Source: the human T2T-CHM13v2.0 reference genome, Homo sapiens. From it: DNA of 64,000 nt. The stretch is from assembly GCF_009914755.1 (NCBI RefSeq), contig NC_060926.1; one strand, 5' to 3'. Made by a program: the position numbers and the translations under genes. Within the stretch, counting starts at the first letter, position 1; each line of letters opens with the position of its first letter. Of this stretch, positions 42,000 through 55,982 are shown in pieces. Under the pieces are notes generated by a model. That model was not told the DNA's origin. It saw nothing but the letters and a program-made list of their open reading frames with translations, and did no database searches.

Positions 42000-43521
42000 A
42001 ATTCTCTCTGTCCTCTTTTAGATTATTTAGGTGTTCCTCTACCCTTATAATTTCCATCGACGTATGTTGTTATTTCTCCCACTTAAAATAATTATATAAT
42101 ATTACAAATATTTTTCTTAAACCCACTTTCTTCTTCAGCTCCCCAATTCTCTCTTCTCTTTATAGGAAAGTTTCTTCAAAGAGTTTTCTATACTTACTGT
42201 TTGTATTTGAATCTCTTTTTTTCCAATTTCTCTTAACTCTAGTCTACTCAGACATTCTTTCCTATCTCTCTAGTCTACTCTGCTATCCAAGAATACCAAA
42301 TAACCCATATTGTTAAGACCCTTATTCAATTCTCAGGCATAATTTTACTTGACAGCAAAAGCCTTTACTAAGGTTGATCTTTATGTGGCTTCTAGGACAC
42401 ACTCCTAGTTTTCTTCATGACTCTTTAGTGTTCCTTAGTCTCAATTTCTCATGCAACCTATTTTCCTAGGTTTTCTAAGTTTGGGTGCCCAAATGCTAAG
42501 TTGTTAAACATCTCTCCTCTACCAACCTACTATCACTTGTTTGGTAATCTCATCTATTCTATTTATTTATATATCATCTGCATACTGCTGATCTCCAAAT
42601 TCATATCTCCAGTATAAACCTAGAGTTCACTCTCCTATGGCCCAGATTCATATTCCCAACCTCCTAGTCACCGTAATCACTCCTATATTGAACTTGCATC
42701 TCCAACTAAACTGCTGATCTCCTCAAGTTAGCTCTATTCGTGAGCTTGAACATCTCAGTTAATGACAACCATCTTTAATTTTTCCAAGTAAAAACACTTG
42801 GATGGAGTCATCTTTGACTCCATTTTTTCACTCTCATCTAATCCATTAAGAAATATGTTGGTGACCAGGTTTTATTCACCATCTCCAATGCTACTAATCA
42901 AATCTCTCCTGGACTGTTGAATTAGCTTCATATCCAACACATTTATTTCATTTATGTCCTCCTAAAATATATGTACATCCAGATAATTATGTTAAAATAT
43001 AGATTGGATCATATCACAGGATTAGCTGCTAACTACCATTGCTCTCAGAATAAAAATTAAACATTTTATAATGGTATAAAGGGTTCTCACAATTTCACCC
43101 TCCTTTATATCTCTGATCTTATCTCCTGTTTACTTTTTACAACTACACCAATAACTTCCAGCCTTGAGCTCTTTTTTCCCTACTGGAACACATTTTCCTT
43201 AAATATCTGCAGAGTTCACTCCCTTTCCTTCTTCAAGTCTTTGTATAGTTTCATCATTCTTGAGAGATCCATCTGACCACCCTATTTCATGTTGCAATGC
43301 CTTCTTCAGAATTTCCAATACTTTTAACCTCATATTTTTCACAATGTATCAATTTCTAATATTCAATACAATTTTTGTTTGTTATGTTTATATTTTTCTC
43401 CTTTCAACACTCCCCACTGCAATACAAACTGCAAGCATGCAAAAATACTACTTTTGAGTCTTCAACATCTAGAACAATGTCTGCACACTGTGCTCAATAA
43501 ATATTGGTGGGATAAATTAAT
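42000..43521 (+). mobile_element. L2a-like 3' portion (~1.5 kb)
   Basis: RT-region motifs (ggcttctaggacacactcctagttttctt and tgctgatctccaaattcatatctccag) and the 3' end tagaacaatgtctgcacactgtgctcaataaatattg. Confidence 0.8.
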
Positions 43522-43679
43522 AGACATTTTGTGAAACATAATTATCAGAATAATCTCATGTCTATATAAGAGTGAGTAGATCAGAAATAAAATGCAGAAT
43601 AACTAAAATGGCTTGTAATAATTGGCAGTATAAGAATTAAAGTAAGAGAAAAGCTTTTAAAATCAAATAAAACGTTTAC

Positions 43680-43765
43680 TTACTATAAATCTTACTGAGC
43701 CTCAGTTTTACCACTTTTAAAATGGGAGTAGTATGTTATAACTAAAGGGACATATTGAGGAAGTA
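43680..43765 (+). mobile_element. MIR core
   Basis: ctgagcctcagttttaccacttttaaaatggga. Confidence 0.6.
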
Positions 43766-44399
43766 CTCTAGGACATTGTCCCCATAACTCCTAGCTAGGT
43801 TCAGATGGGTGGCCAAGGTGCTGTTTATTAACTACTGGAAATAAGCCTAGGTCATGTAAAACATTAAAGACAGAATAAGCTACATGTATTTGGAAAGACA
43901 TTTTATTGTTGCCACCTGTCTGGATGCTAGTAACACTAAAACATTTCAGACATATAATTTTGAGTAACTTTTGTTTGGCAGAATGAAAGGGAATTGGAAG
44001 GCTTGAATAAACATCACAGAGAATCACATTAAGTCTGAAGTGGTTCTCCTGCTAACTAGGTCCTCTTTCATGCTCTTCATAGAAATTCTTGAGGTTAACA
44101 TAGTAGAAACATTTCTATGTCTACCATAATACATGCCATTTGCATATCAATGACCTTGCCTTTGGAATTTGAAATTTTAGCTGCTTGCTTCAGTTGTTGA
44201 TAAAGATGAGAAATTTACAACATAGACATAATGTTTGGTGTGGGATATTAAGGAGCCTTGACCTGGATGGTGATCACACAAATATTTTCATTTTATGATA
44301 ATGCCCAGAGTTTATATTATTATTTATAGGAAACAAATTTATGGTGTTGGAAGTTCACAAAGTACTTGCCTTTTATAATTAAATTTAATTGGAGTCATA

Positions 44400-45760
44400 T
44401 GCATGTATTGTTAGATTTCTGGCTTCTATCGCTGTTTTCATTAACATTGAGAAATGTATGTATGACATAATTTTCATTGCTGTACAGTGTTTTATTGAAT
44501 GAATATACTAAAATTGATTTACTCATTCTTTCTACTTGATATATACTTGAGTTCTTTCAAATTTAAAATAATGCTTCTGTATATACTTTTTGCATAAATG
44601 TTGGCACTTTATTTTCAGCATATATCTAGGCATAGTAGGTTCAATTTTAAGAGATAATGTCAGTTTTCTAAAGTAAAAAGACATGGAATCAACCAAGATT
44701 CCCATCAATGATAGAATGGATAAAGAAAATATTTTATGTATTTATTATATACATTATATATAATATATATAATTTATATATATATACACACATACACCAT
44801 GGAATACTACACACCCATAAAAAAGAATAAAATAATGTACTTTGCAGCAACAATAATGAAGCTGGAAGCCATTATCATAAGTGAACTAACACAGGAACAG
44901 AAAACAAAATACCTCATGTTCTCACTTAAGTGAGAACTAAACACTGAACATACATGGGCACAAACCTAAGAGCAGTAGACACTGAGGACTGCTTGAGGTG
45001 GGAAGGTAGGAGAGAGACATGGGTTGGAAGGCTACCTATTGGGTAGTATACCCACTACCTTAGTGATGGAATCATTTGTACGCCAAGCCTCAGTGCCATG
45101 CAGTTTTCCCATGTAGGAAACCTGTACATATACCCCCAAACCTAACATAAAGGTAGAAAAAAGATAAATAGATACATAAATGAAGTGACTGTAGATATAT
45201 TCCCACTAGCAATGTACTACAGTTCAAGTAGCTCCTCATCTTTGTCAACACTTCTAATTTTAGGTCTCCTCACAGAGAATTGGTGGTGTTGGCATAACAC
45301 TGCTGTTTAAACTTTTACTGTCTTGTTAGTAGTAAATTTGAAGCAAATCGTCATGTCCCTATGGCTATTTTACATTTGAATAGTCCCTTTAGTGAAGTGT
45401 CCATGTATTTTGCCCAATTTTATTGGGCTATCTTTTCCTTTTTTAATTGTAGAAGCTCTTTATAGGTTCTGGATACAACTAATTTTTAAGATTTGTTACT
45501 TGGAAATATATCGTCCCATTCTGTAGTTTGCCTTTTCATTCTAAGTGTGTCATGGAACAGGCTAGAATAAGAGAGTCCTTATGAACACACATATTCAACT
45601 TCGGTATAGTCCAGTTTATCAATACTTCTATCATAGTTTTATGTGTGTGCTGTTTAAGCAATCTTCATATTCCTCAAGGTCTTGAAGCTATTTGTATTTC
45701 TGTCACTATGTTATAATCTAGAATTTTTATCATTTTACGTTTCATATTAGTTTAAAATAT
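44400..45760 (-). mobile_element. Old L1ME-like 3' fragment, interrupted at 44673-45180
   Basis: ttttcattgctgtacagtgttttattgaatgaatatac...cagttttctaaag, resuming at attcccactagcaatgta. Confidence 0.6.
44673..45180 (+). mobile_element. L1PA15/16-like 3' end with an internal (TA)n expansion
   Basis: aaagacatggaatcaacc...caccatggaatactac...gctacctattgggtagtata...ccaagcctcag, then an A-rich tail. Confidence 0.88.
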
Positions 45761-45919
45761 AAGTGTGAAGGCACAGATTGGAGTCAGAAAAGAGATGCCA
45801 CTCTTTCCTTTTTTTTCTTTTCTCTAAAAGAACACCAACATAGTAGCATATGAGAGAAAAAAACTAAAGTTGTTATGTTTGTTTATTGATGTGTTTTTTT
45901 TAAACAAGTTGACTTTCAA

Positions 45920-46215
45920 GGTATCAGAAATTGTTGACTTTAAGAAGAGTCAAAGAGAAAGAGAGAAATTCATGATAAAAGCAAAAGAAATACATGTAAG
46001 ATTGAAGTCCTTGGTAAGGTGAGGAGTGAGGATTTGATATTCATTACAAAGCCCTGGGATTTTCCACTGACAGGAGCAAGGGGCTTTCTTGTCTTATAGA
46101 AGAGTGAAAAAAGAGAACATGTGCATGGACATAGGCAAAGAAAGAGAGTGTCTCTTTGAGTTCTCTTATTTACTCACTAAAGTATGATGCAGTGTCATCA
46201 GTTGAGAAGGATTGG
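45920..46215 (-). mobile_element. Degenerate L2 fragment
   Basis: Purine-rich stretch with gaagtccttggtaaggtgaggag...aagtatgatgcagtgtcatcagttgaga. Confidence 0.4.
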
Positions 46216-47544
46216 TAAGAGCAAGACTTTAATGGAGACAACATATTATGTAACTATTAGCAAACACGGGAATGTGAATTGTTGCTCTCAGCTGCTATTC
46301 ATAGTCTCCCATATATTTTGCATTCCTGAGGGTGTTTTTGAGGATGCGTGTGTGTACTAAATTGAATACATTTAAAAATTTTTAGAAGTATTTCAATATA
46401 CTATTTCTTATCCACTGTCTATAGCCTTAAGTGTATCTTTTCAAGATAAACAGCACTTTCTATTTGCAAGAGAAGATTTATCAAAGTAAAAGTGATAGGT
46501 CAAAACATGTGTGAACTTGAAGTGAAGGATAATGGTGTTTTTGACCCAGAACCATGCTGAAGTGCAATGAGAACTGGTTATGAATTATCACTATGGCATA
46601 AGTCCTTAAACCATGACCTGTTGGCCCACCGAGTGCTATCAAGTGAACCGTAGCAGCAAGGTAATTTCCTACCAGGGTGTAAGTCACATATTAAAAAGGT
46701 CCAAGGCATTCTCTCTACAACTGTACTGTAGCAATTTGAAAGCTCTGTAGCAGATAGAACATATTAAGAAATATAAAAAGTGCTTAAAAAGTCTCCCAAG
46801 GAAATATTAAACTAAAAAAATGGTAAATTGCAACTTAAATTTCTTTAGGGATTTTATATTTTGCTTATTTTTTTTCATATCTCATGAATGTTGCTTCAGA
46901 ATTTGTTTAAATTTTTCTTCTTTAGCATTACTAAGTATTGGATTTATAAAATTATCCCAAATAACACAATAAAAGAGAATTTTGAAAGCATAGTGAAATT
47001 TATATAAGTGAAGAAAGGAGATATATTTCTTTTTACTTTGAGATAAAAGTTATACCAGAAATTCCTTTTTTAAATTGTATTTATTTTGGGGGGTGTTTTC
47101 TTCACTTCTCTCCATTGGTTTTGCTCACTTCTGTTATTTTTTTTTCTGAATTCTTAATAGATCTTTTAAGTGTAAATCTATAGGTGGAAGCTTTCAAACA
47201 TACATTCAATCTTCAGAATTCAAAAAATCAATTACTCCTTTCCTTTTTTTTTCTCTGTCACTCCTTTTCCCTTTATCTCCTTTCTTATTAATAATTAATT
47301 TGGACAAAATTAACCATATAATTATCTCTAACATCATCTAGTTAAAGAGTAAATGTGACAAATATATTACTGTAAGTCGGTAGCCTACCATACAAATGAC
47401 CTTTTACTGACTAACAAACTCATTAATTTATTGGCCCTTTAAATGGACAATTTACTGCACAATTCCGTGAAAGAAATAACAATAGTGATAGTTTTCCCAC
47501 AGCCACAAATGAGGATCATTCAGTGGTTTGAAACAATAGAAAAT

Positions 47545-47778
47545 ACTGGTGATAAACATAAGCTGTTAAGCTAGACTGTTTGAGTTCTGGCTTTCTCATT
47601 TAGTTTTTATATGGCAGTACACAAGTTACTGAGACTCAGTTTTCTCATGCATGAATGAAGATAATACCAGTACTTTTAAAATAAAACTGTTGTGATTAAA
47701 TCATAAAATACGTGAAAGGACTTATTCTGATGCTTAATATATAATAAAGGTTGAATAATGTTACTTAATGTTATTATC
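47545..47778 (+). mobile_element. MIR
   Basis: ctagactgtttgagttc...caagttactgagactcagttttctcat...tgttgtgattaaat...cgtgaaagga. Confidence 0.7.
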
Positions 47779-48653
47779 AATTTGAAAAAAAATTTGATTA
47801 CTTTTTTTCCCTCAAACATTTCCACAGTGACACCATTTCCCATTCTTTTTAATTGACAATATGGTAGGCAATTAAAATAGTGTTTTTACATATGTCATAT
47901 ATATGTATAAACATATGTGACACACACACTCATATATGATACATATATATATATAGTTTCAACCAACTAGCTTTACATTTGTGTTGTTCTCTATAATGGT
48001 CGTATACCTTCAAGTAGTAATAATGAGAGACTCTTACTCAGTTTGGGAAAGATCTGCAAAATCATAAAAACTTCTAATGTTATATGGAATATTGTGTTAT
48101 AATATAGATTAAAACAATATATAATAAAATATTTATCTTTGTAAATTTCTCAAATATGGAGGAAATTCTAGACTAAAATATATTGATGCTTATACTGATC
48201 ACTATGATTTGTAAGATTATAAAATATTTTTGTTCCTTCTTTTAATTTGGCTTTTATAGAGCAGTTTTTGTTTTTTTAATTAGACTTTGTTTCATAGAGC
48301 AGTTTTAGGTTTACAGTAAAATTGTGTCAAAAGTACAGAGTTTCCATATACTCCCTTTCCCCTATGTTTGTATAAAATATCTCCTACTGTTAACATCTTG
48401 CATTAATATAGTGCATTTGTATAGTTGATGAGCCACCATTACCTTTGATCCATTATTATTCACTAAATTCCGTAATGTACATAATCTTTTCATAGCTTGA
48501 TAGCATATTTATTTTTATTACAGAATGATACTTGATTGCATGGGCATATCACAGTTTGATTATATGTTCATCTGTTGCAAGACATCTTAATTACTTTCAA
48601 ATTTTCTGAGTTACAGGCAAAGCTGCTAGAACATTCATGTGTAGATTTTCGTA

Positions 48654-50575
48654 TACCCAGTCTCAGGTATGTATTTATTAGTAGCATGAGAACAGACTAA
48701 TAGAGCAAATTGGTGCCAGGTAGTGGGGCACTGCTGTAAAGATATCTGAAAATGTGGAAGCGACTTTCGACCTGGGTAACAGGCAGAGCTTAAAAAGTTT
48801 GGAGGGCTCAGAAGAAGATTGGAAAATACAGGAAAGTCTGGAACTTCTAGAGACTTGTTGAATGGTTTTGACCAAAATGCTGTTAGTGATATTGACAATA
48901 AAGTCCAGGCTGAGGTCGTCTCAGATGGAGATGAGGAACTTGTTGGGAACTGGGAGTAAAGGTCACTCTTGCTATACAAAGAGACTGGTGGCATTTTGCC
49001 CCTGCCCTAGAGATCTGTGGAATTTTGAACTTGAGAGAGATGATTCAGGGTATCTAGTGGAAGAAATTTCTATGCAACAATGCATTCAAGAGGAAGCACA
49101 GCATAAAAGTTTGAAAACATTGCAGTGGAAAAGAACACCAATATTATGGGGAGAAAATCAAGCCTGCTGCAGAAATTTGCATAAGTAACCAGCAGCCAAA
49201 TGCTAATTACCAAGAGAATGGGGAAAATGTCTCCAGGGCATGCCAGAGACCATCATGGCAGCCCCTCCCATTACAGGCTCAGAAGCCTAGGAGGGAAAAA
49301 TTGGTTTCCTGGGCTGGGTCCAGGGACCCCTTCTGTATGCAGCCTAAGGACTTGGTGCCCTCTGTCCCAGCTGCTTTGGCCGTGTCTAAATGGGGCCAAC
49401 ATAGAGCTCTCAGGCCATTGCTTCCGAGGAAACAAGCCCCAAGCCTTGGTGGCTTTCACGTGGCTTTGAGCACAGAAGTCAAGAGCCGAGGTTTGGGAAC
49501 CTCCGCCTAGATTTCAGAGGAAGTATGGAAACGCCTGGATATCCAGGCAAGTTTGCTGCAGGGGCGGAGCCCTCATAAAAATCCTTTGCTAGGGCAGCGC
49601 AGAAGGGAAATGTGGGGTAGGAGCCCCCACATAGGGTCCCCTGCCCGGGCACTGTTTAATGGAGCTGTGAGAAGGGGCCACCGTCCTGCAGACCCCAGAA
49701 TGGTAGATCCACTGAAAGCTTGCACCGTGTACCTGGAAAAGCTGCAGACCCTCAATGCCAGCCCATAAAAGCAGCCAGGAAAGGAGCTGTAACCTGCAAA
49801 GTCACAGAAGCAGAGCTCCCCAAGACCATGGGAACCCACCTATTGCATCATTGTGACCTGGATGTGAGACCTGGAGTCAAAGGAGACCATTTTGGAGCTT
49901 TAAAATTTGACTGCCCCGCTGGATTTTGGAGTTGCACAGGGTCTGTAGCCCCTTCATTTTGGCCAATTTCTCCCATTTGGAATGGGTGTATTTACCCATT
50001 GCCCATACCCCCATTGCATCTAGGAAGTAATTGACTTGCTTTTGATTTTACGGTCTCATAGTCAGAAGGGAATTTCCATGTCTCAGATGAGACTTTGGAC
50101 TGTAGACTTTTGAGTTAATGCTGAAATGAGTTAAGACTTTGTTGGACTGTTGGGAAGGGTATGATTGTGTTTTAAAATGTGACGACATGGGATTTGGGAG
50201 GGGCCAGGGGCAGAATGATATGGTTTGGCTGTGTCCCCACCCAAATCTCATCTTGAATTGTAGCTCCCATAATCCCCATGTGTTGTTGGAGAGACTAGGT
50301 GGGAAGTAATTGAATCATGGGGGCGGGTCTTGCCCATGTTGTTCTTGTGATAGTGAATAAGTCTCACAAGATCTGATGGTTTTATAAAGGAGAGTTCTCC
50401 TACACATGCCCACTTGCCTGCCACCACGTAAGATGTGCTTTTGCTCTCCCTTCACCTTCCTCCATGGTTGTGCGTCCTCCCCAGCCATGTGGAACTGTGA
50501 GTCCATTAAACCTCTTTCCTTTATAAACTACCCAGTCTCAGGTATGTGTTTATCAGCAGCGTGATAACAGCCTAC
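48654..50575 (+). mobile_element. THE1C-like MaLR provirus: 5' LTR remnant 48654-48704, internal region 48705-50215, 3' LTR 50216-50575
   Basis: The internal region starts gcaaattggtgccagg. Polypurine tract gggaggggccaggggcagaa at 50196-50215. The LTR starts tgatatggtttggctgtgtccccaccc. The internal reading frame is broken. Confidence 0.93.
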
Positions 50576-51566
50576 TTTGTAAGAAATTGCCAAACTGTCT
50601 TCTAAAGTGGATGTGTCCTTTTACATTCCCATCAGAAATGAATACAAGCTCTTGTTGTTTGACATTCTTGCCAGTATGTGGTGTTGTAGTGTTTTCAATT
50701 TTAGCAACTCCGATCGGTACATAAGGATATGTCAGTGTTTTAATTTGCGATTCCCTGATGACATATGATAGTTAGCATCTTTTAATAGGCTTGTCATTTG
50801 TGTATCTTTGGAGAGGTTTCTGTCAGATCTTTTACCCACTTTGTAATTAGGTTGTTTTCTTGCTGCTGAGGTTTGAGTTCTTTGTATATTTTGTTTACAA
50901 GTTGTTTATCAGATATGCGTCGTTTTTACATTTTCTCCCACTCTGTGGCTTGTCCTTTCGTTCTATTACCAGTTTCTTTTGCAGAGCAGTTTTTAATTTT
51001 AATGAAGTCCAACTTATCAACTTTTCTTTACAAATCATTCTTTTGGTATTACATCTTAAAACTCTTTTCAAATCCAGGGTCACTTCAATATTCTCCAAGA
51101 TACCTTCTAGACATTTTATTGTTTTGATTTTAACTTAGGTATATGATCCATTTTGAGTTAATTTTTGTGAAAGACGTAAGGTATGTGTTGACAATTTTTT
51201 TTTTTTTTGGGCATGTTGATGTCCATCTGTTCCAGGAACCATTTGTCAAAAAGACAATTTTTTTTTTTTCACTTGGATTGTCTTTTTTCCTTTGTCAAAG
51301 ATCAGTTAACAATATTTGTATGGGTTTATTTTTGGGCTCTCTGTTCAGATGACGTCTGTCTGTTCTGTCACAAATAGACATTGTCTTGATCACTGTGGCT
51401 TTACAGTAAGTCTTGAAGTTGAGTAATATCTGTCCTCTAACTTTGTTCTACTTCAGTATTGACTATTGTATGTCTTTTGCCTTTCTTTATATTTTTTAGA
51501 ACCAGTTTTTCAATATTTACAAAATAGCTTGCTAGAATTTCAACTTGGATGATATTAAATCTATAG

Positions 51567-52014
<448 letters not shown>

Positions 52015-52091
52015 CTACCTAAGTATTTTTTTGTACTAATGTAAATGGTGTTGTAGTTTTAATTTCAAATTCCAATTGGTTTTTTTTTTTA

Positions 52092-52250
52092 TATTTATTT
52101 TCTAGAGTTGACATAACAAAATACCACCAACTGGGTAGCCCATATTAACAGAAATTTATTTTCTCACAATTACAAATCCTAGAAATTTGAAATAAAATTG
52201 TTGGCAGGACCATATTTCCTCTGAAAATTTTATGGAATGGTTTGTTCCAT
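52092..52250 (-). mobile_element. MLT1B/C LTR 3'-end fragment
   Basis: cataacaaaataccaccaactgggt...aacagaaatttattttctcaca...tgttggcaggacca. Confidence 0.65.
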
Positions 52251-52973
52251 CAGTGTTCCAACTATGTTTGTGGACATAAAGTTGTATATAATATGATTTT
52301 ATTATCTCTTTAATGTCAGTGAAATGACTCCTCTTTTATTTATAATATTAGTAATTTGTGTCTTTTCTCTTTTTTTGTTTAGCATATATAGAAGTTTGTC
52401 AATTTTATTGATATTTTCAATAAATAAGCTTTGGTTTTGTTAATTTTTTCCATTGCTTTACTGTTTTTAATTTTGTTAATTTCTGCTCTGATTTCTGTGA
52501 TTTATTTTCTTCTGGTCATTTTAGGATTACGTTTTTCTTCTTTCTTCAGTTTTCTAAGAAGCAAGTTTAAATTATCAATTTTAGATTTTTCTTCTTTTCT
52601 AATATACACATTCAGTGCTATAAATTTCCCTCTAACCACTAGTTTCATGGGGTCTCACAAATTTTGATAAATTGTATCTTCATTTACACTTAGTTCAAAA
52701 TAGTTTTAAATTTTCTTTTGAAATTTTTTCTTTCAATTATGTGCCATATATAAGCACACTGTTTGATGTACAAACATTTTGGAATTTTCCAGCTATCTTT
52801 CTGGTATTGATTGCTGGTTAAATTTCATTTGGCCTGAGAGTATATTTTACGTAACTTTTTCTACCTTTAAATTTGTTGAAGTGTAGTTTTTGGTCCAGAA
52901 TTTGATCTCTCTTGGTGAATTTTTTTATGTGAGTATGAGGAGGATGTGAGCTCTGCTGTCAATGATTGAAGTA

Positions 52974-53235
52974 CAGGTTGAGCATTCCTAATCTGAAAAG
53001 TCAAAATACAAAATGCTCCAAATCTCAAACTTTTTGAGTGCTAATTTGGATGGCCAAGACAGAGATAGCTCTGCTTTCTGATGGTTTGAGGTACACAAAC
53101 TTTGTTTCATGCACGAAATTATTTACAATATTGTATAGAATTATCTTCAGCTTATGTGTATAAAGTATATATGAAACATAAATAAAATTTTGTGTTTAGA
53201 CTTTGCTCCCATCCCCTAGATATCTTATTATGTAT
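52974..53235. mobile_element. Tigger4b-like DNA transposon relic with one end missing
   Basis: ta|caggttgagcattcctaatctgaaaa (TA target and terminal repeat)...gtacacaaactttgtttcatgcac...tgtgtttagactt...cccatcccc. Confidence 0.8.
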
Positions 53236-53269
53236 TCATTACAGCAGGAGAAGCATTTGAAAGTAAATA

Positions 53270-53810
53270 TCTATGTTTAGGCAATAACTAGCAGTGAAGG
53301 GTAACTGGAATGTAGTTTGCCTGGGTGAGAGTATCAGGGGATGAGACAGATAAGATCTATTAAGACTAAACCTCAAAAGGCTACACAGAACAATATGCAC
53401 CAAATATGAAACTTTGTTCTAAGTCACAAAATACTATTTGCTTTTTATTTTCCTAAGAAGAGACAAAATCTAATGTAATATGTAACCTAATACAATGTGA
53501 AGGTAATCAAACTCCCCAGCTGTTTACTATTTTTCTTTTTGTTTTTGTTCTTTTTTTGTAAATAAAGTTTTATTGGAACACAACCACATCTATTAATTTC
53601 CATGATGGAAGGCTGCTTTCTTGCTATTACAGCAGATTTGAGTAGCTGTGATAGGGAATGGATGGGCTGCAAAACCAAAAATGTTTAGTATCTGGTCTTT
53701 TATAGAAAGTTTGCTGACTTCAAAGAAGAGAATATAAAAGCAGGAAGACCAATGGAGGGGTTGTTGCAGTGCTCCTGGCAAGCATGGTGATGGTGTTGAA
53801 TGAGATAGAC
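53270..53810 (-). mobile_element. Degenerate L2, interrupted by MER58
   Basis: gcaggaagaccaatggaggggttgttgcagt...ctggcaagcatggtgatgg. Confidence 0.5.
53500..53722. mobile_element. MER58A hAT relic
   Basis: tttttgtaaataaagttttattggaacacaaccac...gctgcaaaacc...tatctggtcttttatagaaagtttgctgac. Confidence 0.85.
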
Positions 53811-53990
53811 TTGACAAGGTTTGTTCAGTAATCATTTGTAGAAACAAACAAAAGAAAAAAAATAGGAATGGTTTGGTCACATATAAGAAGACTAAAGACT
53901 GCACCAAAATAGTCAGCAGTACGCCTTAATGGCTGATAATTTTAGATAATGTGATTTCTAAACTTTTAGAGGAAAGGAAGTGTTTCTGTA

Positions 53991-54537
53991 TGTATTAATC
54001 AGGGTTCTCTAGAGGGACAGGACTAATAGGATAAATGGATATATGAAAGGGAGTTTATTAAGCTGCATTGACTCACACAATCACCAGGTGAAGTCCCACA
54101 ATAGGTCGCCTGTAAGCTGAGGAGCAACGATGCCAGGCCAAGTCCTAAAACCTCAAAAGAAGAGAAGATGACAATGCAGACTTCAGTCTGTGGCTGGGAG
54201 CCTGGGAACCCCTGGCAAACCACTGGTGTAGGTCCAAGAGTCCAAAAGCTGAAGAACTTGGAGTCTAATGTTGAAGGGCAGAAAGCATCCAGCATGGGAG
54301 AAAGATGGAGGCCAGACCTAGCCAGTCTAGTCCTTCCATGTTCCTCTGCCTGCTTTTATCCCAGCCATGCTAGCAGCTGATTAGATGGTGCCTATCTAGA
54401 TTGAGGGTGGGTCTACCTCTCTTAGTCCACTGACTCAAATGTTAATTTCCTTTGCCAACACCCTCACAGACACACGGAGGAACAATACTTTGCATCCTTC
54501 AATCCAATCAAGTTGACACTCAATATTAACCAACACA
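53991..54537 (-). mobile_element. MLT2A2-like HERV-L solo LTR, full length
   Basis: tgtattaatcagggttctctagagggacag...caatccaatcaagttgacactcaatattaaccaacaca. TG...CA ends with 5-bp TSD ctgta/ctgca. Confidence 0.92.
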
Positions 54538-55439
54538 CTGCAGTAGATGCTATGATCATTTCTACATGCTCCAAAGACGGTAGGAGGTTAATAAGTATTC
54601 CTGCTTGTTAAGTAGAGGTGTGATTTTCTTCAGTGAGAGCATCCTTCATCCTCAAAACTGTTCTAGAGCTGTATATTTTTATTCCACAATCTTTTCTTCA
54701 TGACAAAATTCTGAGTTTTATTTAGAGGGAATTTTAAAGTAGAGATACTGGTGGCAGGTGATTTTCATATTACTAAGAAGGCAGCTATGGATTTAACAGA
54801 GCAAGGGAAGTTCACTAAATTAACTAGAAACTGAGTGAAGGCAGATACCAAATGAGTCCTGGGAATATGAGACAACTTCAAAGACAATTTTCACTGATTG
54901 ACATTTCACCATTTACAGTGATGAAGGAATAAATGACCATGAGAGAATTTATGTTTTTACTCTATTGAAAAATATTAATCATAAACATAATTTTTAAAAC
55001 AATGTATAAAATAAATATAAAACCAATATTAAAAAACAAATATAAAATTTATGAGTAAATAGAAATTCTCCATACCATTGCCTGTTGTATGAAAATGTCA
55101 ACAAAATTCTGAAGTCATGCTTAAATATATTTATTTAATATATATAAAAAATATATATATGTATATTCCTTTCTTTTTATCATTTGTTGCTGAGGAATGA
55201 GTATCTTTTATCATTATGTAGAAGTTTTATTATTATTAAATTAAAACCACTTGTGCCCAGTTCTAGTCTTGTCCCTGTCGCTTTTATGCCTTGGAAAAAG
55301 TAGTTACCTGCCATTTCTCTCTCTCTCTCTCTCTGGGATTCTTACAAATCCTGAGAGATTTTGCCAGTCTTCATGCAACATAAAGCATAAGGTCTTGGAA
55401 TCAGAAGTCGTCAATCTTAGAGCTTGGAAAAAAGTCATA

Positions 55440-55670
55440 GAATATAATATTTAAGAGTACAGAATTTTGAAAGCCAAGCGGATCTGGCTTCAAAACTGGT
55501 CTCACAATCTAACTCATTTAGCAGCTTACTTAACTCTGTTTCCATTTTTATGTATAAACCGTGGACAGAAAGTCTTTCCTGGGTTTTTGAGGAGTTTTAA
55601 TGTATTTTTGTACATAAATCATTAAGCCTAGTTTCTGGCACATAGTAGATGTTCAATAAACAGTAGCTTA
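55440..55670 (+). mobile_element. MIR
   Basis: ttaagagtacagaattttgaaagcca...ctggcacatagtagatgttcaataaa. Confidence 0.7.
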
Positions 55671-55982
55671 TGTAATTGCTACACCCAAATTTTGCTGACA
55701 TTCCGTTTTTTTTTTTTTAACACTGTTATTCCTTCTTGTACCATGGTACTTTTTTACTCTTTCCAGTATATAAAATCTCCTGTTTCTGCTTTCTTTGCTT
55801 ATTCTTCTATCAACTACCCTACTATCCTTGACCCATCATTCTCTTGATTGAGCCTTTTTGTGTATGCTACATCTTTTCTGCCACGCTGCTTCTGGAGGTC
55901 TGTAAATATTTACATGTAATTCCTCCCAGGCTGCTAGAATCTGTCTGCTTATTGAATTCCAAAGAAGGTGCTAAAAATAAGT

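Noticed and set aside
42237-42280. 13-bp direct repeat ctctagtctactc (similar short duplications near 22340 and 48241-48305)
   Set aside because: Ordinary slippage duplications within old repeats.
48635-50506. Dense ORF cluster in a GC-richer island
   Set aside because: It is the THE1 internal region and LTR with a fragmented frame, not a host gene or CpG island.
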